Shown: piece after piece, positions 12,028 to 23,814 of the stretch
Layout: each line of letters opens with the position of its first letter
Numbering within the stretch: the stretch's first letter is position 1
NCBI RefSeq assembly: GCF_004010195.1
Contig: NC_057755.1
Location: 62,001-100,058, forward strand
Source: Chiloscyllium plagiosum
Lineage: Eukaryota
Reading direction: 5' to 3'
Length of the DNA stretch: 38,058 nt
Notes under the pieces: model-generated
Database searches by the model: none
Told to the model about the DNA's origin: nothing
The model's input: the letters and a program-made list of their open reading frames with translations, nothing else
Program-made: the position numbers and the translations under genes

Positions 12028-12348
12028 CCTGCTGAATGGCCTCCTCCAGTATAACAAGCTGGAGAAGGGGCTGAACAAAACCAAAAGAACTGCGGACACT
12101 GTTAATTAGAAACAAAGACAGAAATTGCTGTTCATTCAATCAATTCATTAATCACATCAGTTTTCTACCTCTTCACAGTCTGACGTTCTGACAACCTAGG
12201 CCATTGCTTGAGCCAAACTTCCATCGATTGACTACACTAGACTCCTCCCACCCCGGTAATGATCATCCACATTTTCTTCCATTAGGCAGAAGGAGCAGAA
12301 GCCTGAACATACACTCCAGCAGGTTCAGGGACAACTTCCCGTCAGAAC

Positions 12349-12469
12349 TGGGTATTGCAGATGCTGGAAATTAGAGTCAAGATTAGAGTGGTGCTCTAAA
12401 TGCACAGCTGGTCAGGCAGCATCCAATGAGCAGGTAATGAACATTTCATTAGGAGTCCTTCGTCAGAAC
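12349..12469 (-). mobile_element. Penelope-like pLTR fragment, probably inside a Rex1-like 3' end (~12200-12560)
   Basis: On - it reads ctgacgaagg...gaaat followed by the 'cctgctcattggatgctgcctgaccagctgtgc' tail. Confidence 0.6.
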
Positions 12470-13189
12470 CTTCACTGACTTTTTGTTTCATACCATCTCG
12501 CCGTATTGCTCATAAACAGAGCTTTTCACTAGACTTCTCTACATGTGACAATAAATAAATCATTTAGAAACAAATCATACTCAGCCGTGCCGAACTGATC
12601 CACTAAATTGTCCCATTTGGCCCATTTCAATCTAAACCCTTCCTATTCATATCCGCATAGAGACTTCTCAAAGGGTAAGGTGAACAATACAGCAGAGGTG
12701 ACAGAACCTTCACTGACATTTTGTCATTTGTGTTCTATTATTGACCTGTGTTTCGAGTTGTGAATTGGGAACTGTTTGCTGAGAATAACTTGTGGCCTTT
12801 AAGACAGCTTGTGGTAAAAGGAACAGACGAAGCAACCTTTTGTTATTTGTGAAGTCAGACCTTGAGGCTAATTGTCGGATGAGTCTGGATTAAAAGGATT
12901 TCTACTGACAGAGCGACCAACGGACAGAACTGAGGATCAGCAAATCCTTTTTTTGCCAGTCTTCATGACACGAAGCACACAGACATCACATCCTCCCAGT
13001 TGCTCCTGTACTCCTAGAAAAGAGTACAATTTCCAGAAGTGATGTCTTACCACCTAAGTTGTTTCCACCTCTGTGCCACATGATTGGCACATGAATGGAC
13101 ATTCTGGAAGTGGACAGCAGTATGCTTCAAACAGGTAGTCTGTGTGAATCCAACAGGAACGTATCATCCCTCTCATCTACAATGGGAAG

Positions 13190-13620
13190 AGGGATAGGAA
13201 GGACTGACGACCTGTTTCACTGCTAAATGCAGTTTACAGAATCCTTTATGAGATAATCGCCAACGAGGTCAGGTGTGCTGTGGGATCTGTGATTCACCCC
13301 GACCAAACCTGTACTGTACTGCTAAGGATGACATCTGAGAGCCTAGTGCTCCTTTGTGATGTAATTTTCTATGTGTTGGGTAGTAAGTTAGGAAAGCTAC
13401 CTGATCAGCCTGGACCAGGAGAAGGCCTTTGACAGGAAATCACACACAAACACGTGTGACTTACTCTACAAAACTGGCTTTGGGACAGAGAGCTGCAATT
13501 GGATTGGCCTGCTGTGTACCAACTTCGTTAGTGCAGTTTCTATAAATGGGTGGGAATCAGAAAGCTTCACGAACTGTCCTGGAATCAGGCAGCGCTGCCC
13601 ATTGTTACCTTTCCTGTTTA
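13190..13620 (+). mobile_element. Tx1-clade LINE RT fragment
   Basis: Translates to RPVSLLNAVYRILYEIIANEVRCAVGSVIHPDQTCTV...SLDQEKAFDR...VSINGWESESF...GIRQRCPL, which are Tx1/L1-type RT motifs. Confidence 0.85.
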
Positions 13621-13712
13621 GTTATTGTCCTTGAGGTGATTGAATAATTGTTGTGATTCATTAATATGTTTCTTACTTTTTAGCGATTGCCTATCCACTG
13701 AGAAAGTGTGCA

Positions 13713-13920
13713 TTGCAGATGTTGAAGATCAGAGTTGAGAGTCTGGGGCTGGAATACAGCAATTCTGGCAGAATCCAAGGAGCAAGAGAGCACATGTTTT
13801 GAACATAGGCTCTTCATCAGGAATCATCTGCTTCCGCTTTAATGGCTTATGCCCAAGGTTGCGATTTTCCTGCTCCTCAGATGCTGCTGACCCGTTGTGC
13901 TTTTCCAGCACCACTTTCTG
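13713..13920. mobile_element. Two Penelope-like pLTR fragments in inverted orientation
   Basis: 13713-13825 lies on - (attcctgatgaagagcctatgttcaaaac...). 13842-13920 lies on + (ggcttatgccc...ttttcctgctcctcagatgctgc). Confidence 0.65.
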
Positions 13921-14879
13921 TTCCCTGTGAAATCAATCAGGTTTTTGGCCATTTATGCATCAATTCCTTGTTGTTCCCTGTATTTAAATTCAGGGCTCTG
14001 GTTTCAAATTCAGTTTCTTCATTCTTCGTTGTAATAAACAATTTGAGCATTTTATGATAATTCTTCCCAAATACAATAATATTGGTACATAATACTATCT
14101 CATTATGTCCGTAACTTTTGGAGAAAATGTAATACATTTCTGCATGCTTACATCTTTGTTTTTGTGTTAATACAATGCTGGGAGATGTAATCAATTAGTG
14201 AATTGTAATTTTTGCTTCTTGGGCAGATGTGAACAGTTCAAAATGTTGATGTACCATTTCAGTCTTTTTCTGAACAAATACCTCGCACATCATCATAGAG
14301 ACAAAATAATAAATGAAAAAGTTAGGTTTCCACAGTAACTGCATCACTTAATGCATATGTTATTGAAGATCCCCTGAAATTCGACAAGTAACGCGCTGGT
14401 AAGAACTCTAAACCGAAATGTGTGAGGGACGGGAAGCAAGTGTTTGATCTGAAGACAAGGACTCAGAAGCACAACATCTTAAGAGATCCCGAATGTGATT
14501 CTGCTGCTTTTCTCTTTTAGCCACAGATTGTCTACTTCCCGTGGCCAGCTTCATTTCACTTCTAACTTCGTTTGATTCCAGATTCCCAACCCTCTGACAG
14601 ATCTGATTAAATATTCCTCAGCTTCAGTAGCATTTCTCCCCAGCTGGGTGGCAATCCCCATATAATTAAAACAAAACGAACGCAATATATTCAGATCACC
14701 ATAGCCTCAGAAGCACTTCCAATAATTTAAATGTCCAAAGTCCTTCCCCTGTAACCAATGTTTCCCAGCCACACGTTCTTCGGACTAATGAGGACTCAGA
14801 GTCACCCATGGATCAGCTTTTCAATGTTTTGCCCGATTTGCTAATTTCTACCTACAGAAACTCATTGTTTTTTCTCCTG

Positions 14880-15105
14880 GTAATGATTGCCATGTGGTCA
14901 GCCAGCTGGACCTTATAGGATATGAAATCCCTGATTGGGGCTGTTAATCTGTGCCAATCAGGGTCACCTAGCTGATTGTCAAGGGTGAATGTCAGCGATA
15001 TTGAGATGCTGAATACCTGACTCAGTGAGACGCCACTGTGAAAGACTATGCATTTGTAAATAAATGGTAATTCAGAATACAAGACACTGAAGAGTTATTT
15101 TATCA
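14880..15105 (+). mobile_element. Short LTR-like interspersed repeat, copy 2
   Basis: Similar to 9762-9985; has AATAAA near its 3' end and ends ...ttatca. Confidence 0.55.
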
Positions 15106-15859
15106 CATAATGTTGTTGGTCCCAATGTGGACCAGGATCTCGGCCATTTTTCACTTTACATATTTTCACGACCCCACCCCTGGTTCACACACAGTCTACC
15201 CTCATTTCTCATCCTGGATTCTGTCACGTCAGGACAGATGCTTCTAAAAGAGTCAATCAGCAATTTTAGGTTTTTCCCTTGCTGTCACTTGATGCTCATA
15301 CAGTAGTGGCTTGAATTTGCAGAAAGGAAGCAACAATGAAAGAGTGGAGACTGGGTAGTCCATGTCCATTTGACTGCAGCATTGATTGCCTCGAAAGATA
15401 GGTGGCAAGTCATGGTTCAACTCTGAGTGCCTGAAATGACACAAACTCTGGGTTGTCTTCCTGGAATTCAGAAGAATCTAAGGGGAGTAAATGTTTTAAA
15501 CAGAATAATGGAAATCGCCGGCATTGAATGGAAAGAAAGACCTCTTATTGTCTCTTTATTTCGGACATGGAAAAACATCGAGAAATTTATTCATGCCTGA
15601 AATCTTTCCAAGGCTAAAATGAAGGGACAGTGCCTCACATTTCTCCACAATATGGTGGTCAGACTATGACTTGCTCACTCACACTGAACCTGCCCTTCCT
15701 CTTTTCAGCATTCCCATTTAATCCTTGTCTTTTACCGTCTCACCTGACATTGTGTTGTCGGTCATTGATAGAGATTACAAACACTGCGTCTCAAGTAAAG
15801 ATTCACAATGCCAGCTTGAGAACATGTAAATGAAATGTTGTTCCCACTCTGTTTTTTCT

Positions 15860-16035
15860 CCTTTACCAGTCCTCACACGAAGACGCATTTCGCCATCACT
15901 ACAGGACTTAGTGACACTATTGACTACCGCTCAAACGTTTCAGGACGTTGACAAATTTTCACTTTTATCCCTCTCTGGCTTCACCTTCACATCTCCTTTC
16001 AAACTATTCGATCAATTCATCGGTCAGCTATCTTA
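15860..16035 (+). mobile_element. Possible L2 LINE 3' remnant
   Basis: LTRRRISPSLQDL resembles the L2 ORF2 C-terminal HITPxLxxLHWL motif; very degenerate. Confidence 0.35.
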
Positions 16036-16623
16036 CGTTTCTTCACTGCACTTATGCGGGACACTGCAGGGAACAGAGAATGACTCACCCCCCTGTCTGC
16101 TGCTGTACAGCTCATGTATCGCTGAGAGTCAGCTATGAAATATATTCAGGATACTCTCATTCTGCTAGGCCGATGCGTATTGATTGGAGCTGATATAACC
16201 ATCGAGGAGCAACCTCATTGAGGATGCATATGAACTCCTATGGGAAATAGAAAATCTGTGAGTGAAAAAGCAAAGCAACAGAGACAATTTCTGCCTCCAT
16301 CAAGATGCTGTGCTTCAGAATCCTAGTCTTAAGGATCAAGCACTTCCCTTACGTGTCCCACAGATTCGGGGACCGCGTTAGTTCAGGAGATTTACACTTT
16401 GAATTTGAGGAGATCCTCAGTCGTGGATGTGTTCAGTGACACAGTTACTGTCGGAAACTGACTTTCATTACTTATTCTTTGTGATTATGTGTGTGGTATT
16501 GGCGAAGACCATTACAGGATTTTTAAAATCCATACTCACAATGAAATTGGTCAACTGCCGTCCCTGTCCCCATTCTGATCGTAGTTGCGGGTGGGCGCGG
16601 GGGGGGGGGGGCGTCGGGGGGGA

Positions 16624-17335
16624 GGGTTGTGGCACCTTTCCTCATGGAATCACACAGGCGACCTCTTTGTAGCAGGCTGTCCTACACCACCAAAAGGACC
16701 TGGCCGATCACGTCGCAACTCGGCCAGTAAGGCATCACTTCATGGAAACTTACTATTGTCTGAGGACTCGAGGCCTTTAGTCATCTTATTAAGAGATAAT
16801 TGTTGGTAAATCCTCTCCTATGTACAGTTGCCTGTGACCTCCATGAGAGAGGAATGGAATGACCGAGGGGCCGCACTGTTTGTGGAATTCATGTCATTCA
16901 GTCTGGCAGAAAAGGATTTGTTGATTATCTTAGAGGTTATCTTGGAGACTTCTGAAGTAAAGAGTGATGTTTACTGGTTATTCACCTTCTAGAGATCATC
17001 CATGACATAAACCCCAACCATCAGCTCCAGCAGGAATTTCTAAAAAACTTTTCTGGAGTTTTCTCAATTTCTCTCTCACCTATAGATCACCTTTGAGAAT
17101 AAAGATCCTCTTGATGGTCCCCTTGACAGATTCCCACAAGTCTGATGAAGACTCAAAGGAGGGCTTCACGTTCCTCCAACGTGTGTAACCCTTTTTAACT
17201 CCTCCATGTTTTCTGGTTTTGACAGTTTCACTTTCAGATTCCATGTTCCCTTGCAGGCCAGCAGGAGGCAGTAGTCAGAGAAGAACACGAACTTGACATC
17301 AGTCGATTATCTGAAACCAAATCCAACTTGGCTAG
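16624..17335 (-). mobile_element. Tx1-clade LINE ORF2 fragment, copy 1
   Basis: On - it reads DVKFVFFSDYCLLLA..GTWNLKVKL..PENMEELKR and is homologous to the Tx1 element at 27900-28370. Confidence 0.75.
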
Positions 17336-17689
17336 TCTCACTTCACAGGTGAAACACTCGGGTCCTTGTCAATCTCCCTTGCCTCTTCATCGTGAATTTT
17401 ATTTTCGAATGGCGCCAGTGGCAGGATAGAGCGTTTAGTCTCCGGAGCCTGTTAACTTCTGATCATCAGGCCGGTCGCAAGATCTTTCTTCTTTTCTCTC
17501 TCGTCTTCGTCTTGTTCTTCCGTTCCTTGTGGCAGTGATCACGGTGAAAGATGCCATCGGTGGTGTCTACAGCAGCAGCATTGTGAACCTGGAACAGGAA
17601 TCCTGGTGTCGATATTTAATTCTCCTTTACTCCTGACTTAACCTGATCATTATCTGTATTAAACTATATGTATTTAACTCTCTCTCTCT

Positions 17690-18062
17690 CTTTATAGATA
17701 CAAAATGATCAGAGGATTAGGTAGGATGGACAGTGAGAGTATTTTTCCTAGGATGGTGAAAACGGCTTGTACGAGGGGACATAGCTGCAATTTGAGAGGT
17801 GATAGATTTAAGACAAATTACAGAGGCTTTTTTAACTCAGAGGGAGTAAGGGCGTGAAATACCCTGCCGACTGAAGTAGTCAACTCAGCCACATTTGGGG
17901 CATTTAATCATCCCTTGGATAAGCATATGGATGATGATATGAAAGTGTGGGGGGAAGATCTTAGATTAGTTCACAGGTCGGCGCAACATCAAAGGCCGAA
18001 TTGCCTGTTCTGCACTGTATTGTTCTATGTTCTATATTCTATATTCTATGTTATATGTTCTC
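17690..18062 (+). mobile_element. CR1 3' end with a (TTCTA/TATGTTC)n tail, copy 1
   Basis: Similar to 30540-30886; microsatellite tail at ~18020-18060. Confidence 0.85.
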
Positions 18063-18142
18063 TATTAAACAAGAAAATAGCCAGGTAGAGATATGCTCCA
18101 CACTCCCACAGTAATGCACTGACACTCAGAGATACTCACACG

Positions 18143-18855
18143 GGGTTGTGGCACCTTTCCTCATGGAATCACACAGGCGACCTCTTTGTAGCAGGCTGTC
18201 CTACACCACCAACAGGACCTGGCAAATCACGTCGCAACTCGGCCAGTGAGGCATCACTTCATGGAAACTTACTATTGTCTGAGGACTCGAGGCCTTTAGT
18301 CATCTTATTAAGAGATAATTGTTGGTAAATCCTCTCCTATGTACAGTTGCCTGTGACCTCCATGAGAGAGGAATGGAATGACCGAGGGGCCGCACTGTTT
18401 GTGGAATTCATGTCATGCAGTCTGGCAGAAAAGGATTTGTTGATTATCTTAGAGGTTATCTTGGAGACTTCTGAAGTAAAGAGTGATGCTTACTGTCTAT
18501 TCACATTCTAGAGATCATCCATGACATAAACCCCAACCATCAGCTCCAGCAGGAAGTTCTAAAACACTTTTCTGGAGTTTTCTCAATGTCTCTCTCACCT
18601 ATAGATCACCTTTGAGAATAAAGATCCTCTTGATGTTCCCCTTGACAGATTCCCACAAGTCTGATGAAGACTAAAAGGAGGGCTTCACGTTCCTCCAACT
18701 TGTGTAACCCTTTTTAACTCCTCCATGTTTTCTGGTTTTGACAGTTTCACTTTCAGATTCCATGTTCCCTTGCAGGCCAGCAGGAGGCAGTAGTCAGAGA
18801 AGAACACTAACTTGACATCAGTCGATTATCTGAAACCAAATGCAACTTGGCTAGT
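18143..18855 (-). mobile_element. Tx1-clade LINE ORF2 fragment, copy 2
   Basis: Duplicate of 16624-17335. Confidence 0.75.
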
Positions 18856-19207
18856 CTCACTTCACAGGTGAAACACTCGGGTCATTGTCAATCTCCCTTG
18901 CCTCTTCATCGTGAATTTTATTTTCGAATGGCGCCGGTGGCAGGATAGAGTGTTTAGTCTCCGGAGCCTGTTAACTTCTGATCATCAGGCCGGTCGCAAG
19001 ATCTTTCTTCTTTTCTCTCTCGTCTTCGTCTTGTTCATTTTCCTTGTGGCAGTGATCACGGTGAAAGATGCCATCGGTGGTGTCTACAGCAGCAGCATTG
19101 TGAACCTGGAACAGGAATCCTGGTGTCGGTATTTAATTCTCCTTTACTCCTGACTTAACGTGATCACTATCTGTATTAAACTATATGTATTTAACTCTCT
19201 CTCTCTC

Positions 19208-19581
19208 TTTATAGATACAAAATGATCAGAGGATTAGGTAGGATGGACAGTGAGAGTATTTTTCCTAGGATGGTGAAAACGGCTTGTACGAGGGGACATA
19301 GCTGCAATTTGAGAGGTGATAGATTTAAGACAAATTACAGAGGCTTTTTTAACTCAGAGGGAGTAAGGGCGTGAAATACCCTGCCGACTGAAGTAGTCAA
19401 CTCAGCCACATTTGGGGCATTTAATCATCCTTTGGATAAGCATATGGATGATGATGTGAAAGTGTAGGGGGAAGATCTTAGATTAGTTCACAGGTCGGCG
19501 CAACATCAAAGGCCGAATTGCCTGTTCTGCACTGTATTGTTCTATGTTCTATATTCTATATTCTATGTTATATGTTCTCTA
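19208..19581 (+). mobile_element. CR1 3' end, copy 2
   Basis: Duplicate of 17690-18062. Confidence 0.85.
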
Positions 19582-20289
19582 TTAAACAAGAAAATAGCCA
19601 GGTAGAGATATGCTCCACACTCCCACAGTAATGCACTGACACTCAGAGATACTCACACGGGGTAACAGAACCATCATGACATCCTGACAGTAACACACAT
19701 ATACACACATGCAAAGCTACGCAGTCATGCGACTGTAACCCCACAAACAACACATACATAGTCAAAAACAGAACAGATGCACATGTGCAAGCACAAGATA
19801 CGCAATCACACAGGCACCGTAACATACACCCACACAAAATACACTCACCTTCATGGAAACCCTCTCATAGAGACTGAATAACATTCCAAAATACATAAAC
19901 ACATGAATATATCGTCACCGACGTACTTCCCAATACCCACAAAGGGAAACTTATGCGCATAAATGCACTCTTAAAGTGTCACACTCAGAGACATACCTAA
20001 TGACAAGAACTGAGGGACATACACACAGAGTGACATCCTCACAATGGCAGTGACACTCAGAGACACGCAGAGACCCTCACACACCGAAAGGAAAATACAT
20101 AAACACACGTCCCATCCAACAACAGGGAGAGGACAGGTCGATGATCAAACTCCATCAGACTTAATTACGGTAATGTGCCAAAATATTGCTCCTGTATCTG
20201 TGCACTGTGTATTTTGCAAAATCACTGCCTGGGGAATGATGGGATGTTAGTATGTGACAAGTGTCTGACATGGTCAATGTGAGAAAGAT

Positions 20290-20560
20290 GCAGAGAGAGC
20301 GAAGGCGAGACAGAGAGACAGCGAAAGATAGACAGTGAGCCAAAAAAGGATAGTCACAGACGGAGACAGAGAGACAAACAAACAGATAAAGAGGTAGAGA
20401 GAGAGAGAACAATACAGACAGGGAGGCTCATCGAGCAAGACAGAGACAGAGAGAGAGAGACTGATCAAGAAGCTGAGAGATGGGGGCAGTTCGAGAGAGG
20501 AACAGAGGAACAGACAAAGATAAACAGAAAGGGGCAGAGATAGAGAGAAAGCCGAGGAGC
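20290..20560. repeat. GA-rich low-complexity tract
   Basis: (GA)n/(GACA)n runs; inverted paralogue of 5450-5730. Confidence 0.85.
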
Positions 20561-21369
20561 TGACGGAAGGTGGACTGAATGAACTCAATCTCAAAAAATA
20601 TGTCTGTGAAAATAACTCATTCAGATGAGGGGATCACCAGCACCCGGAGCCTTTCCCTTGTTGTAATAGTGTTTATTATGAGCTGTGCAGAGAGTCAGAC
20701 AGTTATGATGGTTCGGGAGGAACTATTTCTGACCCTTCCGCTCTTCCCCTGCAGGGGAAATGCAGTGACCTTTCCTGCCAGTCTTTCACGGTCATCCACA
20801 GGGCAGGCAGTGAAGACCCAATGTTGCAGCTGAACCCATCACTCACAGCCAGTCCGTCATTTTCAATCGCTCCTGCACCCTCTTTCCATCTGACCCTGAC
20901 GTTGGTCGTTACCTCTTCCCCTTTATCTGCAGTCACTTTGTCACGCCATTCAGTATTGCTGAATTTGGAGATAGATAGATTCAAATACAAATTGTGGGAT
21001 GGGGGTTGCGGTGGTGCAGTGCACAGGTGCACACGAAATGCGGGTTTGATGGTCCAATTTAATGAACCACCATCTACTGGCTGGCAGGAGGACCAGACAT
21101 GAAGCGCTGAAAGGCCTCCTGCTGCTCATTTCTGTGTGCCCCTGTGTATGACAAACCGTCTGTCAATCAGAAATTGCAGCGTTTTCCTGAGCGTATTGAA
21201 TGTTGACCCATTCTTTTCCCCTCCTTCCCGTCCATCATTGGGTATATACTCAGATCCATGTGATTGTACGGATGGAATCTTGGCCGTGCATATGCAATTC
21301 CTGGACTGGGAAAAGTGCGGTTGCCTCTGGAGTTCTCTCCGTTGCTTTGCTGAGTCATTAAGTGAAGGA

Positions 21370-22258
21370 TTTGTGTAACCAGTTGATGCACCAAATCCTG
21401 AACTTCGCTCTGAACTTGGACGGAGATACTGATTAAATAATGTGTTTGTGCTGCAGTTGAAATCCTTCAGCATTACTCTGACGAACACAAGATTCTTCAG
21501 AGAACCTCCATACTTGTCAGGAATTGTTCTGTTAATACTGTAAAATAAGAAATTTGCACGGGCCGCAACCCACAGAAGTATGAAGGTGGTGGATGTTGTG
21601 AAGAGGAAAATCACCGACTTCCCGTGTTTCTCCATCTCTGCATCGTTCTGATGCTCTCCCTTCCTCTGCCCCCTCAGACTCTTGCAGATTCGACTGGCGA
21701 CTAAAATGCATGTCATGGTCAGTGTGTTCATCAAATGAAATAACACAAATGGAATGAAATGATTTAAATGTGACCGAACTAAATAACTCTTGCTACATAT
21801 GATCAGTAATATAGCTTAACTTTGATCGAATGTACCATGGAACGTTATCAATTATCTTCCGAGTTTCAAATTGAAAATAGCTGGAAATGTTTTTTGAACA
21901 GACCAGAATGCCAGTTGCAGCCAGAGCCACAGCCAGGGCTTTCTCTGAACAACATTTTCTCGTTATTTTCAGGCAGCACATAGGCACAAAATAATCAAAG
22001 CAGAAACTGACTGAACCAGATGGAACAGTCTGCGGCTGCACTGACCAGGACAAAGACAGCACTGCACAAAGGAATCATGACCATAAACAGTTTGGGAAGT
22101 AAAAGTGTTTGAATTGGAACAGTATGATGTTAGTGAGAATGAACAGTATATCCGATGTTCCCAGAGAATGAACAGTATATCCGATAACAGCCAGCGCGTT
22201 GTGCAGTTGGAGAGGCCACATTTTACACGCAAGAGACCGAAGATCACGAGGAAATTAA
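21370..22258 (-). pseudogene. GPR139-like GPCR pseudogene (main exon)
   Basis: The acceptor AG lies at 22260-22259. Pieces in different frames match gene 1: VKCGLSNCTTRWLLSD; FDYFVPMCCLKITRKCCSEKALAVALAATGILVCSKNI; MNTLTMTCILVASRICKSLRGQRKGE...FILLWV...MLKDFNCSTNTLF. There are multiple frameshifts and deletions. Confidence 0.92.
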
Positions 22259-23644
22259 CTGAAAGAGACAGGAGGTAAAATGGAAATCGGAAATTACAGA
22301 TCAGACATTGTCTATGTCAGCCCAGATAACAGTGGAAGATCTGAGCACGTAAATGGGAGGGTTCAGACGTTAAATCTAAAAATGATGGCTCCAAGGCTAA
22401 CTCATTTCAAAGCTGCTCACTCCTGGGTTTAACTAAGTGGAGGCAACGAATTGGGAGATTCTACTGGGACATAAGTTTGAAGGTGAAATGCAGAAGGTTC
22501 AGAAGGGATTTGAGGAACCCCTTTCACCCAGAATATGGGGTTCTGAGAATTCAGTGCTGGGGAGTGGGAGTGGGGGTTAGTTGAGGCGCGAAACCTCACA
22601 ACTTTTAAAAACTATCTGGTTGGACGTTTGAAGTGTCATGATATTCGAGGTTATGATTACATTCCTGGAAGCTGGGACAAGTTCAGGTTTCGTATTGTTT
22701 TGACAACACAAACTTGACGGACCGCTTCTGTTGGGCTCGATGATTAGAAGAATTGCCTCTTTGAGGCAGGTTAGGAAGTGAACTATTTCAATGGCATAAG
22801 TCAGACTGAGGATGCTGGAAGCACCAAACAGAAACGGCTGGCGAAACTCAACAGAAATGGCAGCATCAGTGAAGAGAGAAATAGTTAACAAAATCACTCA
22901 TCAGAACAACTTCATCTGAACATGGGTCATTGGAGTCAAAAACTAAACTCAGTTTTTTCCTTGCACAAAACTACATCGTTACAGAAGAAGGACAGGGGTT
23001 CATTTCGAAAAGGAAACTGAGATTCAAAGTGTTGATAATCATCTATTTTGGAACATTTGTTAGATCTCTCTTAGGATACCAGGGGATAGTTCTCGTAGCC
23101 ATATTACAAGATGTATCGTTCCACCTGAGATGATGCAAATATTCAATGGAGAACGCTAACAGCTGAGAACGTTTGTTTTATCACTAAAGGCACAAGCCAT
23201 TATCTAAGCCCTCACTGTGATCATGAAATGAGAACTTGTTGTCTCATGACTTTTGAAAAGTCAACAATTCCATGTCATATTCAGCAAATCTTTTAATTTT
23301 ACTGGTACATTCCGTTAGCAAAGCGTGCAAAATTCAATAAGAGAAATGTATTTTTTGTTGAAAATGCATCCTCTGCGCTGTGTGACTCCAATATTTCACT
23401 AGTGCAATTACTGACTGCGTCTTTTCCATTCTGTGTTTGGCATAATATTATCAAAACCCAGTCTCTCTGACTGTCCATTGTGTTCTATTCATGTCCAGGG
23501 TAACTAACATTTAAAGTAACGATCTGAATACCCAACAGTCAGTATACTGAACGAGACAATATCATTTCACATTTCTTTTTAAGAAAAGCACTTTATCTTA
23601 TAATTAGAACAAGCAAGCAATATTAACCTGAAGAGTTAATTGAT

Positions 23645-23705
23645 AAATTCCGATGTTATAAAGTCAGGTAAAATTAATCTTCCCTGTGAAGAATTTTTAA
23701 TGCAT
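23645..23705 (-). pseudogene. Possible degenerate first exon of the GPCR pseudogene
   Basis: On -: ATGCATTAAAAATTCTTCACAGGGAAGATTAATTTTACCTGACTTTATAACATCGGAATT. This loosely resembles a short M...FYxxxxxIGxP first exon, but has a stop at codon 3 and no clear donor. Confidence 0.3.
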
Positions 23706-23814
23706 TGTAAAAATTGTGAAACTATAAACATTTCTTCAGTGAGTAACTGGAAGGTAGCCACAGCCCCTGGAATTCACTTCAACACTCCACAGTGTTCCAA
23801 TGATCCTTTAGAAC

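Larger units (their letters stand above)
11116..12279. repeat. Head-to-tail tandem duplication, ~574-bp unit (11116-11689 and 11690-12279)
   Basis: Both copies start AACGTTTCAAGAAGGGTTTTTATT and end GATCATCCACATTTTCTTC; they are nearly identical. Confidence 0.95.
16624..19663. repeat. Head-to-tail tandem duplication, ~1519-bp unit (16624-18142 and 18143-19663)
   Basis: Both copies begin GGGTTGTGGCACCTTTCCTCATGG and end GACACTCAGAGATACTCACACG. They differ only by scattered substitutions. Confidence 0.97.
19580..22970 (-). repeat. Inverted paralogous segment of ~3030-6365 (intron end, GPCR exon and 3' flank)
   Basis: Collinear reverse-complement similarity, for example cccatgttcagatgaa, cctgtctctttcagttaattt, atcacatggatc.gagtata, gatgggttcagctg.aacattgggtcttcactg and atgtcatgatggttc. 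Confidence 0.9.

Noticed and set aside
12464..12717. 16-bp direct repeat CAGAACCTTCACTGAC (12464-12479 and 12702-12717) as a TSD
   Set aside because: The enclosed DNA is a mix of fragments rather than one element, so the interpretation is unsupported.
21126..21746. 206-aa ORF as a functional gene
   Set aside because: It covers only TM5-TM7 of the pseudogene and then frameshifts into flank sequence.
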